From a virus (taxonomy: Duplodnaviria > Caudoviricetes), in the IMG/VR virus record IMGVR_UViG_2595698357_000001, positions 1 to 64,000 of that record: DNA of 64,000 nt; one strand, given 5' to 3'. The position numbers and the translations under genes are program-made. The number at the start of each line of letters is the position of its first letter. The stretch's first letter is position 1. This document shows positions 1 to 9,919 of this stretch, in pieces. The notes below the pieces were generated by a model. It saw only the letters and a list, made by a program, of their open reading frames with translations. It was not told the DNA's origin and ran no database searches.

Positions 1-2811
1 TTATTGGCCGGGCGTGATTTCGGCCAGCAAGGTTTTCATGAACTGGGATTTGCCCAGCAACTTATTGCCCATAGCAGGTTTATAACTCGCCGCCACGTAT
101 TGAGCTATCAAATGACGCTCGATCGCGGCTCTAACTTCTTCCTTCCGGTTGTTGCCAACCCGGCCGCGAGACTTGCGGTTTCCCCGAGTCGGAGGCTTCA
201 GGTAGTCGTCATCAATGCCCAGGTGATTAGCTAATCGTTCTGTGATGTTGTAGAACTGACTGCACAGGTCTTGATACGTCAGAGCACCATATGGGTCATC
301 TTCTTTACTCGGTTTGTACGCTTCAAATTTTTCATTGAAGTTGGTCATCGCCGACTTGTTGTTCTGGTAATAAACCTCACGACCTTCAATAAGTTGGGTT
401 CGAGCAGCACCACAGTTCTTGGCGGACACAACAGACGACATGAACTTCTGCTGCAGAGTGTTGTATTTTGAATACAGCTTGTCGTCCTTCAACTGCTGAG
501 CGATCCACTGGTAATATTCCAAACGTCCGATGGTGTTCTGGATGGAGCTACCTTGCTCAGCGAACCATTCCAGGGCAACAGCCTGGAACATATCGTTGAA
601 CTCCTTGCGGAATTCGTCGATGACTTCTGTGATAGACACGAAATATTCGCTGTTGCGCTTCAGGAACGGAACGGCTTTGCGGCGAACGAGGTACAGGCTT
701 TCGTCGAGGCCGATATCTTTGTACCAAGGTTGTGCGCGCCGCTCACCCTCAGGCACTGGAGAGCGCAGGGATTCCATCTGCTTCATATAGCCCCACATAT
801 AGTGGACGTCATCTGCGTCCATGACCTCACCGTTGTATTCGGAGATGACGTTGTGACCTGACAGCTCAACGTAGACCATACGCTTACCGGCATCGGCAAT
901 ACGGCTGATGGCATCAGATTTGAGTTCACAACCCTCAAAGGTCTTGCTGCCATAGCGGCCTTTGGTGAACTGAACCCGCATGATGCCCAGGTTGCCATCT
1001 ACCACCAGGCGGTCATATTCCAGCTCGCTTGTGAACTTGATAGATCCAGCATCGACGATTTGATCAAAGTGCTCAGCAAAGGCGTCGGCAAAGGCCATGT
1101 AGTCCATGTCCTTACTGGTGCCAGCCCACTTACGGATGCGCGCTCGCATCTCGTTGGCGTTGAGGTACAGCTTGCCCAGCTTGCTGTTACGATGCTTGAT
1201 CATATCCGCGTCAGGAATGATCAGGATAACATCGTTCAGGGTGCGGTTGGCCAGGGTCTTACACTTCTGGGTGAACGCCCGAGGATCATCCATGATAACA
1301 ATGTTCGGGGTCTTCTTATGGAAGTCCACGATATTCATGTTGTAATTCTCGTCGCGCTGCCATGTATTGAAGTGCTGGACACGGTAGAAGCTGTCCTTGT
1401 CGCCGATGAGGGTCGGGTATTTCTCCAGGCTCTCAACATACTTTCTGTTGACCTTCGGCTCATACCCTGGGCGATAGAATTGACCTTTGGCGTTGAAGCG
1501 CGGGTCAGCCGGTACACGCTCGTTGAGAATAGTCAAGAACGTATCGCCATAAGTGTCCTTGAAGCGCATCTTGGTGTAATACGCGAACAGAGGACCATTG
1601 CGGTTCGCTTCCATGACGTCATTGATGGCTTCACCCACAACACGGTCACGCAGCTCTTCCAGGGACTTCTCCAGCGCAGCGCGCGTGTATTCACCATAGT
1701 CCAAGTCTTCACGAGATGGAGGCACGTTCAGCTCACCGATACCAAAGAACGTGTACGTCGTCGGGAACCGGCTCAGGATGTTGGCCAGGTGAGGGGGTAA
1801 CTGGTTGGTGTCAATCGGATACGACACGCCGCCCATTACAGCGAAGTGAGTTCCGTTCTTGTCCGCCTGGATGTAGGTGTTGTTGATCCTGTTGCTGCGG
1901 TCAATACCAGTGAACCCACCGAAGTGACGATCGTTTTCAACTTCAGGCCACGCGGACTCTTCCATCACCATACCGATGCGCTTCAGTTCTGCTGCAAAGC
2001 GACCATATTCAGAGTTCTTGATAGGCACACGAACCGTCAGGCCGTTGTACTCATCGGTGGTGTCCGGCTTGGGATCGCGGGTCTCCAGGTCTTTGGTCAC
2101 CATATCACAGCACGGGATACGGTTGGAGTTCAGGTACATCAGGAAGCGGTGAACCTTACCCTCATAGCGAGACTCCACCGTGAACGTGTCGGTCACAGCG
2201 AAAGGAGATTTTGAACCCAGGCCGAACGAACCGATCATGTCGTCATCTTCGGATTTGGTACTGCGGAACAACGTGGTGTACAGCCCTGGCCCACGGATGA
2301 TCTCGTTGTTCTCCGGGCTGCGGAAGACCAGGTTGCCTTCGTAGTAGCCCGGCTCGCCAATGATGGTTGCCCCTTCTGGGATAGAGTCTTCTTTGACGAT
2401 CATGTTGCCCTGGATCAACACCTCATCGATGTCAGCCGGAATGGCTTCACCGACGATTTGTTCCAGGGACAGGCCGATGCCGTAATCTCGCATCTCTAAC
2501 CATGGCTCAAGATCATCAGGCAGGTGAACTACAGGTTTGGTTCCCTTTGGTGCCAGGTACTTGCTGACACGTGCCTGAGGGATGCTCAGTACTGAAGTAT
2601 AATAGCCAGGGATGGTGCGGTAGAAGCGGTCACGCATCTCATGGGCATCTATCATGTTGCACAACAGCTCACGGGTGACTGCAGCCTCTTTGTAGCGGTA
2701 CATGTTGCCGTAGACCGTTTCAAACAGTTTGGCGGACAGCTCAACGTTGTAAGCCTGACCGGATATGGATGACGATTGCTTTGTGAAATGTTCTTTCTGC
2801 TGCTGACGCAT
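1..2811 (-). CDS. rIIA: rIIA protein (GHKL/Hsp90-like N-terminal ATPase domain)
   Basis: 936 aa. GHKL motifs RELLCNMIDAH, DYGIGLS and IGSFGLGSKSPFA, plus ELNVPPSREDL typical of rIIA. Confidence 0.9.
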   Translation of the reverse strand: MRQQQKEHFTKQSSSISGQAYNVELSAKLFETVYGNMYRYKEAAVTRELLCNMIDAHEMRDRFYRTIPGYYTSVLSIPQARVSKYLAPKGTKPVVHLPDDLEPWLEMRDYGIGLSLEQIVGEAIPADIDEVLIQGNMIVKEDSIPEGATIIGEPGYYEGNLVFRSPENNEIIRGPGLYTTLFRSTKSEDDDMIGSFGLGSKSPFAVTDTFTVESRYEGKVHRFLMYLNSNRIPCCDMVTKDLETRDPKPDTTDEYNGLTVRVPIKNSEYGRFAAELKRIGMVMEESAWPEVENDRHFGGFTGIDRSNRINNTYIQADKNGTHFAVMGGVSYPIDTNQLPPHLANILSRFPTTYTFFGIGELNVPPSREDLDYGEYTRAALEKSLEELRDRVVGEAINDVMEANRNGPLFAYYTKMRFKDTYGDTFLTILNERVPADPRFNAKGQFYRPGYEPKVNRKYVESLEKYPTLIGDKDSFYRVQHFNTWQRDENYNMNIVDFHKKTPNIVIMDDPRAFTQKCKTLANRTLNDVILIIPDADMIKHRNSKLGKLYLNANEMRARIRKWAGTSKDMDYMAFADAFAEHFDQIVDAGSIKFTSELEYDRLVVDGNLGIMRVQFTKGRYGSKTFEGCELKSDAISRIADAGKRMVYVELSGHNVISEYNGEVMDADDVHYMWGYMKQMESLRSPVPEGERRAQPWYKDIGLDESLYLVRRKAVPFLKRNSEYFVSITEVIDEFRKEFNDMFQAVALEWFAEQGSSIQNTIGRLEYYQWIAQQLKDDKLYSKYNTLQQKFMSSVVSAKNCGAARTQLIEGREVYYQNNKSAMTNFNEKFEAYKPSKEDDPYGALTYQDLCSQFYNITERLANHLGIDDDYLKPPTRGNRKSRGRVGNNRKEEVRAAIERHLIAQYVAASYKPAMGNKLLGKSQFMKTLLAEITPGQ

Positions 2812-2846
2812 AATACAGTTCCTGTGGTTTATTGGGATACCAGGGT

Positions 2847-2874
2847 ATTATACGCGGAGAAGGGTTCTATTGAA
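2847..2874 (-). promoter_or_regulatory. TTCAAT-type promoter upstream of rIIA
   Basis: Minus strand TTCAAT-N16-TATAAT, a spacing variant of the ViI-like motif. Confidence 0.6.
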
Positions 2875-2894
2875 AAAGCCCCCGCAGGGGCTTT
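2875..2894. terminator. Intrinsic terminator hairpin
   Basis: AAAGCCCC-CGCA-GGGGCTTT. Confidence 0.75.
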
Positions 2895-2903
2895 GAGTTC
2901 AGA

Positions 2904-3269
2904 TTAGTAGTCAGTGACATCTTGGCCAGGGCGGTTTTTGTTGACAAACATGACCTCGAACTTGTTACGCTCAGGGTCATCCAGGTCGACATACTCACGC
3001 AGGAAACCTGAATACTCGTGCTTGTCGATTCGCGGCGCTTGCGGGCGAACGTGACCGAGGTCGAGAACAGACGACGTAGCCACGCCAGGGATCAGCACTT
3101 CATAATCGATTTCGAAGAAATACTTGGTGCCCAGGGCTTCGTATTCGATGTCGGTGATTTCCAGCTTTTTGAAGTCAGACGCCAGCACACCTTTCACTGC
3201 GATGTGGGAGCGGAACTCTTGAATGATCTTGGCCAGCAGAATAGGGCTTACCAGTTTCTCTACAGACAT
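2904..3269 (-). CDS. Hypothetical protein
   Basis: ORF with RBS GAGG-TGTGT-ATG (MSVEKL...). Confidence 0.75.
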   Translation of the reverse strand: MSVEKLVSPILLAKIIQEFRSHIAVKGVLASDFKKLEITDIEYEALGTKYFFEIDYEVLIPGVATSSVLDLGHVRPQAPRIDKHEYSGFLREYVDLDDPERNKFEVMFVNKNRPGQDVTDY

Positions 3270-3286
3270 ACACACCTCAATTCAAT

Positions 3287-3304
3287 AAGCCCCCGAGGGG
3301 GCTT
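3287..3304. terminator. Intrinsic terminator-like hairpin
   Basis: AAGCCCC-CGAG-GGGGCTT. Confidence 0.6.
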
Positions 3305-3307
3305 GGA

Positions 3308-3469
3308 TTATTTCTTCAGATCGTTGAGTTTGGTCTCAACTTTGTCCAGGATTTCCTGGCCTTTCTGAACATAGACTTCCAGGTCTTTCTGGTGCTTGCG
3401 GAACACCAGGGCGCCAGCGATGAAACCGATAATGACGCCACCCAGACCGTACACGAGGAACTCAGACAT
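3308..3469 (-). CDS. Small single-TM membrane protein (53 aa, absent from ORF track)
   Basis: Manual translation MSEFLVYGLGGVIIGFIAGALVFRKHQKDLEVYVQKGQEILDKVETKLNDLKK; RBS AGGAG. Confidence 0.8.
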   Translation of the reverse strand: MSEFLVYGLGGVIIGFIAGALVFRKHQKDLEVYVQKGQEILDKVETKLNDLKK

Positions 3470-3500
3470 GATAAAACTCCTATTGCTAGTGAGTTATTAT

Positions 3501-3758
3501 TTAGGGTGCCTTGTCCTCGTAGACGTTGAGCACCTCAATGCCACCCGCAGCTGTCCCCGGTTTGTCCACCAACACGTAGACTGTGTTGCGGGTTTCTACA
3601 AACCCCTGACTGTGGCGCAGGACTTCGGAGGTTTCCAGGACGTCGCCACTTTTGTAATGGCCATTGCTATTCTGGAAATCTTGCGCCAGCTCCACGAAGG
3701 ATTTGGTCTTCTTACCGACGATGACTGTTGCACCGCCGATGAACACTGCAGGTTTCAT
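3501..3758 (-). CDS. Hypothetical protein
   Basis: ATG start MKPAVFIGG immediately after the upstream stop codon. Confidence 0.7.
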   Translation of the reverse strand: MKPAVFIGGATVIVGKKTKSFVELAQDFQNSNGHYKSGDVLETSEVLRHSQGFVETRNTVYVLVDKPGTAAGGIEVLNVYEDKAP

Positions 3759-3759
3759 A

Positions 3760-4308
3760 TCAGCCCCCGATTTTGATCGCCGTCTGAGTACCGGCCGCAA
3801 ACGCAGCCTGGGTGTTGGCATCGCTCACGATACGACAGGTTGCTTCCAGGTCGATGTGAGGGTAGCCGCCAATATTTGCCACAAGATTGCCAGGGAACGC
3901 CCGCAGGTCACGCTTGTAGATCCGGCAAGCATCCAGCTTTTTGGTCTGGCTGATGCGGAATTCGTCACGGCCTGATTTGATGATCACCTGAATCTCTTTG
4001 TACAAGGAAGAGTCCAATGGGATGTTCTGCTCCTGGATCCACTGCATGACAGCCTTGGAACCGTCTGGACCATAGCGGCCTTCGAAGGTCTTAGTGATCA
4101 CGTCCTGCAGGTCTTTCTTGTACATCGCCGGAACCTGCGCCGCCTCTTGAACCTTCAGAGTGTAGTTGCTCAGGTGGTTCTCAGAGTCCTTGTTGAACGC
4201 CGATACCTGCTCTTCCGAGTTCACGAAGCCGTTGTTGATGCTGATGTACGCGCCAGCACACAGGATGATGATGGCGATTACAGCGGCTGGGATAAAGAAG
4301 TTCTTCAT
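3760..4308 (-). CDS. LemA-like membrane-anchored protein
   Basis: N-terminal TM, then helical body with NNGFVNSEEQV and C-terminal Y...LRAFPGNLVANIGGY resembling LemA (YN..I..FP.NLVA..FGF). Confidence 0.6.
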   Translation of the reverse strand: MKNFFIPAAVIAIIILCAGAYISINNGFVNSEEQVSAFNKDSENHLSNYTLKVQEAAQVPAMYKKDLQDVITKTFEGRYGPDGSKAVMQWIQEQNIPLDSSLYKEIQVIIKSGRDEFRISQTKKLDACRIYKRDLRAFPGNLVANIGGYPHIDLEATCRIVSDANTQAAFAAGTQTAIKIGG

Positions 4309-4357
4309 TTTGGTTCCTTACATGGTTGATAGTGAAAAGATTATAACGGTTTTGTTT

Positions 4358-5443
4358 TCAATAGCGGCGTGTGATGATAACGCCAGCAATCAGAGGCAAC
4401 AGCGCACCTATGAAGGCAACCCACACGGCTTCCCAGGTAGTCATCGGACGCCACTTCAGGTATTCCATTTTCTCCATGCTCACCCGGTTGAACCCGGCGG
4501 AAATGCCGTTGGTGATATCCTTGAGCACAGCGACACCCATACCTTGGCCGACCAGCTTATCTTCAATGCGGTGATGCAGCTCCATATTGTCCATGCCATC
4601 CGCGAATGATGTCGACCGAACCCAGGTTATGTTCTGAGCGTCATCAATATTGACGACCACGATGACGTCGTTCTTCTTGCCGCCAGCCCAGTTGTAGACG
4701 ATACCGTTGAACAACTCAGCAGGCTGGTCTTTGGACACCACCAATATGATGTTCACCTGGCGCGCTGGCCCAAGGGTCTTCAGCTCATCATTCAGGACTG
4801 AGTTCCAGTACACGGTTGGCAGGTAGCCCCCAGTAAGGTTCAGCACCCGGTTGTAACGGTAATAGTCATATACTTCAGGATACTCCGGGATGATATCCTT
4901 GAACTTCTCGCCGTATTCCTTGTTCTTGGCGAACAGAGAGTCACGGTTGCCCAATAGGTAGTTGTTGTATGAGTGAGAGCGTGACACAGGTTCACCCAGT
5001 ACGACATTGGTCCAGCGAGGAGGTTGTCCCAACCCCTGGCGGTCTATACGGTTGATTGTGATCGTACCAACACTGGTCTGAACATCCCAGTCTACGTCAT
5101 ATGAATGCTCATAGCAGGTTGAGCAGTGCCGGGTACGGGTGCAGGAGCGGCTTGTACCACTCCCTGAGCACGTTTCTATGTAATAGCAGTTGCATTCATA
5201 TGAGTGCTCACAGCTAACGCGCTCTCGGCTCTTAGAGAGCACTTTTCCGTTCAGGATTTCGACATCAGAAGATGAGGCATCAATGGCAACAACATATGAC
5301 AAGGCTTGAAGCCCCATCGCCACCACTACAGCTACGGCAAGAATACTGAACACAGTCCCACGCTCACGAGGATTTACCTTCAGAGCATAGGGTGACCAGC
5401 ATGCCGCCACGAGTACCGGGATTACAAAGAAAAACCAGATCAT
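4358..5443 (-). CDS. Membrane protein with Cys/His-rich insert and TPM-like domain
   Basis: Two N-terminal TMs and one C-terminal TM; CEHSYECNC...CTRTRHCSTCYEH; VNIILVV...NWAGGKKNDVIVVV resembles the TPM domain. Confidence 0.6.
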   Translation of the reverse strand: MIWFFFVIPVLVAACWSPYALKVNPRERGTVFSILAVAVVVAMGLQALSYVVAIDASSSDVEILNGKVLSKSRERVSCEHSYECNCYYIETCSGSGTSRSCTRTRHCSTCYEHSYDVDWDVQTSVGTITINRIDRQGLGQPPRWTNVVLGEPVSRSHSYNNYLLGNRDSLFAKNKEYGEKFKDIIPEYPEVYDYYRYNRVLNLTGGYLPTVYWNSVLNDELKTLGPARQVNIILVVSKDQPAELFNGIVYNWAGGKKNDVIVVVNIDDAQNITWVRSTSFADGMDNMELHHRIEDKLVGQGMGVAVLKDITNGISAGFNRVSMEKMEYLKWRPMTTWEAVWVAFIGALLPLIAGVIITRRY

Positions 5444-5700
5444 GATTCTGCCTTATTGAGGGGTTGTTGGGTGCGCTTGGCTCGCTGCTCTTTGCGCTCA
5501 TCTAAAACGAACTGCATCTGCTCCAGCAACTGAACATTGGACATTTCGTTGATTCTGTCCTTGGCTTCCTGTTCAATCTCGGATTCAGACGGCCAATCCC
5601 CGTCCTTGGTGTTCTTGCTGTGGAGGCGTTTAATCTGATAAACCTCACACTCAATCATCATTTCCAGGACGGTCATGTCATCGGTCAGTTCAAAGCTCAT
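5440..5700 (-). CDS. Hypothetical protein
   Basis: MSFELTDD start overlaps the upstream stop; coupled to the downstream gene. Confidence 0.7.
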   Translation of the reverse strand: MSFELTDDMTVLEMMIECEVYQIKRLHSKNTKDGDWPSESEIEQEAKDRINEMSNVQLLEQMQFVLDERKEQRAKRTQQPLNKAES

Positions 5701-6440
5701 CAGCGGCTCCTCCGGGACTTCTTGGCCGCGCGCCGGGCTTTGGCGAAGCCTGCATTGCGGTTGCGTTTCTCTTTCCATGGTTCACATGGCGCATCTACAA
5801 ACACAGGCTCAGGTTTGCGTAAAGACCGCCCGATGGCTTGCATATTAGACGTCAATTCATCAAAAACGATTTCTGATACTTTGCGGCCACAAACCCCAAC
5901 GGAACGCCCGGATGGTGTAGATTCGAACACCACACGGATTTCTTTATCACGCAGGCGCAGGCGTTCTTTGATAGCATCGAACACACCGGACGCATCCACC
6001 TCACTATAGATTTCATCACACCCAGTCAACGGCTCTAGTTCAGGGGTGCTGTCCCACTTCAGAGTCACCGGCATTTCGTCTTTGTCAGACACGAAGTTAT
6101 GGCAACGAAGGAAGTCTGCGAACCGTGCCTCTAACACACATTCCACTTCCAGGCCGACTTGGCGCATACGACATTCATGTTTGAGCGAGTCCAGCAGATA
6201 ACTGAAGATCCCCTGGCCTTGCTCAAACACAGTGATGTTGGCAATAACGAACCGTGGGCAATTTTGAACTATCTCACCATCGATCACGCTCCAGTTCATC
6301 CAGCGGATATAGATCTTCATGGTGCTCAGGCCGTCGACATAATAGCTGATGTTTGGTCGACCTCCTGCCAGTTCTGGTGCTTTGTGAACCTGAGACACCA
6401 CCGTACAGACGTCACGAATGATTTTTGATAGCTGTGCCAT
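5700..6440 (-). CDS. Hypothetical protein with possible GNAT-fold N-terminal domain
   Basis: ITVFEQGQGIFSYLL...VECVL...FLRCHNF resembles GNAT motifs A and B; basic C-terminal tail. Confidence 0.55.
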   Translation of the reverse strand: MAQLSKIIRDVCTVVSQVHKAPELAGGRPNISYYVDGLSTMKIYIRWMNWSVIDGEIVQNCPRFVIANITVFEQGQGIFSYLLDSLKHECRMRQVGLEVECVLEARFADFLRCHNFVSDKDEMPVTLKWDSTPELEPLTGCDEIYSEVDASGVFDAIKERLRLRDKEIRVVFESTPSGRSVGVCGRKVSEIVFDELTSNMQAIGRSLRKPEPVFVDAPCEPWKEKRNRNAGFAKARRAAKKSRRSR

Positions 6441-6472
6441 GACAAATCTCCAAAGAAAAAGGGTACAAACGA

Positions 6473-6498
6473 ATTATCGCCTGCACCCCTTTATTGAA
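6473..6498 (-). promoter_or_regulatory. TTCAAT-N14 promoter
   Basis: TTCAAT-N14-GATAAT. Confidence 0.65.
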
Positions 6499-6509
6499 AA
6501 AGACTTCAA

Positions 6510-6767
6510 TTATGGGCAGTCAATTATCTCTACAAAGCCCGGCAACCAGTAGTCCAGATCTACCCACATATGGCAGATGGGAACCCCACGAACGGTACAG
6601 CCGGTGAACACGTGCTCGTTCCATTGGTCAAGGGGGATATGGGATTCATAATCAATACCCAAATCCTCCATCACCTGGCGCGGGGTACGCTTGTCATTTG
6701 GATCACTGATGCGCTGGCGAATTACCCGCAGGCGCAGGCTGTTCTCGTCATACTCCCAGTGCCTCAT
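6510..6767 (-). CDS. Hypothetical protein
   Basis: 85 aa ORF, RBS GGAGG, overlaps the upstream stop. Confidence 0.7.
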   Translation of the reverse strand: MRHWEYDENSLRLRVIRQRISDPNDKRTPRQVMEDLGIDYESHIPLDQWNEHVFTGCTVRGVPICHMWVDLDYWLPGFVEIIDCP

Positions 6768-7978
6768 TTCTTACCTCCCAGCATGCTCAACAGGTTGACA
6801 GACTTCGGCTTGACGGCTGGCTCAGCTGCCTCGTTAGGCATCCAGCGTGTACCCTGTTGCAGGTGCCAGATATGGAGTGGCTGGCCGGTCTTAAAGAACA
6901 CATCCATCTTCCACTTCTGGACGCCTGGAACGTGCCCGGCGGGTGCCTTCTCACAAAGCAGGTGATCTGGTAGCCAAAGCGCGCGGGCTTCCCACAATGG
7001 CTTACAGGAGTACTGAGGCCACTCCCGCTCCATGTAGTCGATCTCATCCCAGGTACGTTCAGCATCCCACCCAATGTAACGGGTATTCTTCTCACGGAAG
7101 AACTTCTTGAGCCAGCATGCGCCGGATGTCTCAAAGTTCAGCCGGTTGATGAAGGTAATGTGCCCAAACTCGGCAACGCACTCCTGGAATGCCTGCTCCA
7201 GATTCACCTCAAGGATGTCGCACTCCTCGTCTGTGATAGGGCAACCGTTGATCTTTTTCTTGCCGTGCTTGGTCACCCAGTCATCACGGTTGGACAGGAA
7301 CGCAGCGCCGTTGCGGTTGGACTCACTGCCTTCGCGGTCACGCAGCATGAACCCCGGTACATCAACCCCAAACATGTTACCGAACACCATGTTCAAGGCT
7401 TCCAGGAAGTTCCAGGCGCTCAGGCGTCCGAAGTATTTCCAGGACATCGCTGTGTTCCATAGCGACTCAAACTGCGTTGCTTGGTCACCACATTCCAGCA
7501 TTTCACGGAATGCATCCATCTGGGTGCGACCTTTGAGCCAATCCAGATAGGACTGAACGCAAGGGATCATCTTAGACTTGCGATAACGACAATCGGTGTC
7601 GAAGCGCATGCGGTCGAAGTTCTTGTTGTACCAGTCACAGAAGCGCTGAAACTCTTCAGGCGACTGTGGTGGTACAGGGAACTCACTGTAGATCGTCCAT
7701 GGCCCAATCGCGTTGTAGCAGCAACCCCACAGGAACGACAGCCAGATCTTGCGCTCGATCTTCTGAAGCGCAGGCATGTCTTCTATCGCTTCCACCGCAT
7801 AGTCCATCAGGCGCATCTGCTGGTTGTGCTCTTCGGTATAGGACAGCGCCTCCACCCAAGCCTTGAGCAGATAGGCACGGTTCTCCGGTGCGCGATAGTC
7901 GATATTGAGGTCAATGGGGTACTTCCATTCACCCGGTTGTTGATAGCCCCCGGCTGGAGGCAGTTTTGATATTGTCAT
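6764..7978 (-). CDS. aGPT-PPlase2-type amino acid:DNA transferase (thymidine hypermodification, ViI gp247-like)
   Basis: 404 aa; FDTDCRYRK, HhH-like YFGRLSAWNFLEAL, SNRNGA, ETSGACWLKK; adjacent to the P-loop kinase. Confidence 0.8.
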   Translation of the reverse strand: MTISKLPPAGGYQQPGEWKYPIDLNIDYRAPENRAYLLKAWVEALSYTEEHNQQMRLMDYAVEAIEDMPALQKIERKIWLSFLWGCCYNAIGPWTIYSEFPVPPQSPEEFQRFCDWYNKNFDRMRFDTDCRYRKSKMIPCVQSYLDWLKGRTQMDAFREMLECGDQATQFESLWNTAMSWKYFGRLSAWNFLEALNMVFGNMFGVDVPGFMLRDREGSESNRNGAAFLSNRDDWVTKHGKKKINGCPITDEECDILEVNLEQAFQECVAEFGHITFINRLNFETSGACWLKKFFREKNTRYIGWDAERTWDEIDYMEREWPQYSCKPLWEARALWLPDHLLCEKAPAGHVPGVQKWKMDVFFKTGQPLHIWHLQQGTRWMPNEAAEPAVKPKSVNLLSMLGGKK

Positions 7979-8859
7979 TTCTTGTTCCTTAGCAGCATGG
8001 CCAGCAGGTTGGAACTCTTAGACGGCTGCACCTTCTGTTCAGGGGTGCGACGGGTAGGCTCAGGGCGCGGCTTCTTCTGCTCAACCCGGTGAGCCAGCGG
8101 GTCAGTACCATCAACCCCACGGCACATAGGATGTTGGTCACAGAAATCATAGAACTCCTCTACGAGTTCAGCACGTCGGCCGATGAATCCCAATATAACA
8201 TCACCCACAATTCCGATATTGTAGTCATGAGACAACAAATGTATCCCACCAACCAGCCTTTTTGTTTCACGGTTGGAATACAAAGACGACCGTTTTTCCC
8301 GAAGCAGTTCCTGCACACCAACAAGTTGGGACATCTCAACTCTGGATGCCTCAAATTCTTTAGGATAGGAAACGTTGCGTGCCCAGCCGCCGTCCCCAGC
8401 CTTCTTGCCGGAGCGACCGATGATGCGAGCATCGTACTGCTCGCGGTTGGCATAATGGAAATACAACATGGCCAAGTTGTCCAGTTTGTAGTTGTTGAAC
8501 ATCCATTCAGGACGCCATTTGTCGCTGAGCATCAGCGGTTCACCCTCACACACCAGCGTGTAGCCATCGCTCAGGTACTGGGAGATGAACTCACGGGCGA
8601 TCTCACCCTTACCAACAGCTGCATGGATGGCGTCCATGGAAGTCCAGGACGTCAGGCCGGATTTGTTCGAGCGAGTATACTGGCCGACGAACATTAGCTT
8701 CAACTCTTCAAAAACCAGGCCGAACGGGCGCGTTTTACCGCCATGGGTGTATTCGCGGACAACAGGTTCGTATTTGGTGCGCAGGAACTCTATCAGCTGA
8801 ACGACACGGGTGCCTTTACCCGTGCCACTGGTTCCTTTGATGACAATCATGTTTTTCAT
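7975..8859 (-). CDS. P-loop kinase, putative 5-hmdU DNA kinase (ViI gp243-like)
   Basis: Walker A IKGTSGTGKGT, GQY motif, VCEG, lid RIIGRSG; coupled to the transferase gene. Confidence 0.75.
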   Translation of the reverse strand: MKNMIVIKGTSGTGKGTRVVQLIEFLRTKYEPVVREYTHGGKTRPFGLVFEELKLMFVGQYTRSNKSGLTSWTSMDAIHAAVGKGEIAREFISQYLSDGYTLVCEGEPLMLSDKWRPEWMFNNYKLDNLAMLYFHYANREQYDARIIGRSGKKAGDGGWARNVSYPKEFEASRVEMSQLVGVQELLREKRSSLYSNRETKRLVGGIHLLSHDYNIGIVGDVILGFIGRRAELVEEFYDFCDQHPMCRGVDGTDPLAHRVEQKKPRPEPTRRTPEQKVQPSKSSNLLAMLLRNKK

Positions 8860-9161
8860 GCCACAGCCTCTTTATCAAATGCGATCTTCCAGTTAAGCGC
8901 ACCCTGCCAGGTACACCAGGTCTCGAAATAATAAGGCTGCTCGTCGTGTTGAAAACGGATGCGATACCGGGCGTCGAAGTCATAAACGATATCGACGCTA
9001 TCGTCTATGATGTTCAGGTCCACGAGACGGGCATGCATACGCGTGGCCAATGAGATAGGGTTGGTGGACGTCCGGGCAAACTCCAGGCACGTCTCGTGGA
9101 GTTTCTTGCCCAGCCCTTCATTGATGACATCGCCATCAGCACTCACAATAAACTTTTCCAT
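8856..9161 (-). CDS. Hypothetical protein
   Basis: 101 aa ORF within the operon, RBS AGGTG. Confidence 0.7.
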   Translation of the reverse strand: MEKFIVSADGDVINEGLGKKLHETCLEFARTSTNPISLATRMHARLVDLNIIDDSVDIVYDFDARYRIRFQHDEQPYYFETWCTWQGALNWKIAFDKEAVA

Positions 9162-9168
9162 TTTTCAC

Positions 9169-9915
9169 CTAATTGACGTAATCGTAATGACGCATCAGAA
9201 GTTCGACGATATCAGACATCATCGGGTTCAGGATGTCAAAGTGGTTCATGCCTGGGAACGGCTCGATGGTCAGGTGTTCCAGCACACCACTGGCGCAGCT
9301 CCGCAATGACAGACCTTCGAACTTCTCATAATTGCCCTGAGGGACATAGATCTGGAAGATGCCTTCGGCCGCGCAGTTGACGACATACTTAGGATTGTCA
9401 TCAATAAGCATGTCCAGGTTGACCAGGTGCTTGTCATCGGTGCTGATGAACCCATAGAACATATCACGGAATTCACGCTCAACGAACTGACGTTTGCTGC
9501 GCTCATGCTCCGGCTCACACTTGCTGACCGCGATGAAACGGATATCTGAAAATCGACCAGTGCCCATGAGGCCACGGTACAATTTGGTCAAGAATTCCAC
9601 AGCACCATTGATCGGGGACAGTTTGTCATACAGGCGAGGATCACGCCAGTACATCATCGGCTGGAAGCCGTAACCGGTAGGCGCGCGCTCCATCATCAGA
9701 GGGCACAGATCGCCCTTGAATTCCTTGTAGCAGGTGTCAGTGATAGGACGGAACGTGTACTCCAGCTCACGGGAGCGCGCATACGCCTCAAATGTCGAAC
9801 CCAGGGAGTTGAACTGCGCCAACCATGGGGTGAGGGTGTCAACAACGGTCAAATCAATATCTACACCAACGTGGTAGATCGGCAGGGAAATATCCCCGTT
9901 AACATAATCGCCCAT
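9169..9915 (-). CDS. HAD-superfamily 5'(3')-deoxyribonucleotidase
   Basis: Motif I VDIDLTVVD, PINGAVE, K..VNLDMLIDDNP (motif IV). Confidence 0.8.
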   Translation of the reverse strand: MGDYVNGDISLPIYHVGVDIDLTVVDTLTPWLAQFNSLGSTFEAYARSRELEYTFRPITDTCYKEFKGDLCPLMMERAPTGYGFQPMMYWRDPRLYDKLSPINGAVEFLTKLYRGLMGTGRFSDIRFIAVSKCEPEHERSKRQFVEREFRDMFYGFISTDDKHLVNLDMLIDDNPKYVVNCAAEGIFQIYVPQGNYEKFEGLSLRSCASGVLEHLTIEPFPGMNHFDILNPMMSDIVELLMRHYDYVN

Positions 9916-9919
9916 GGAG

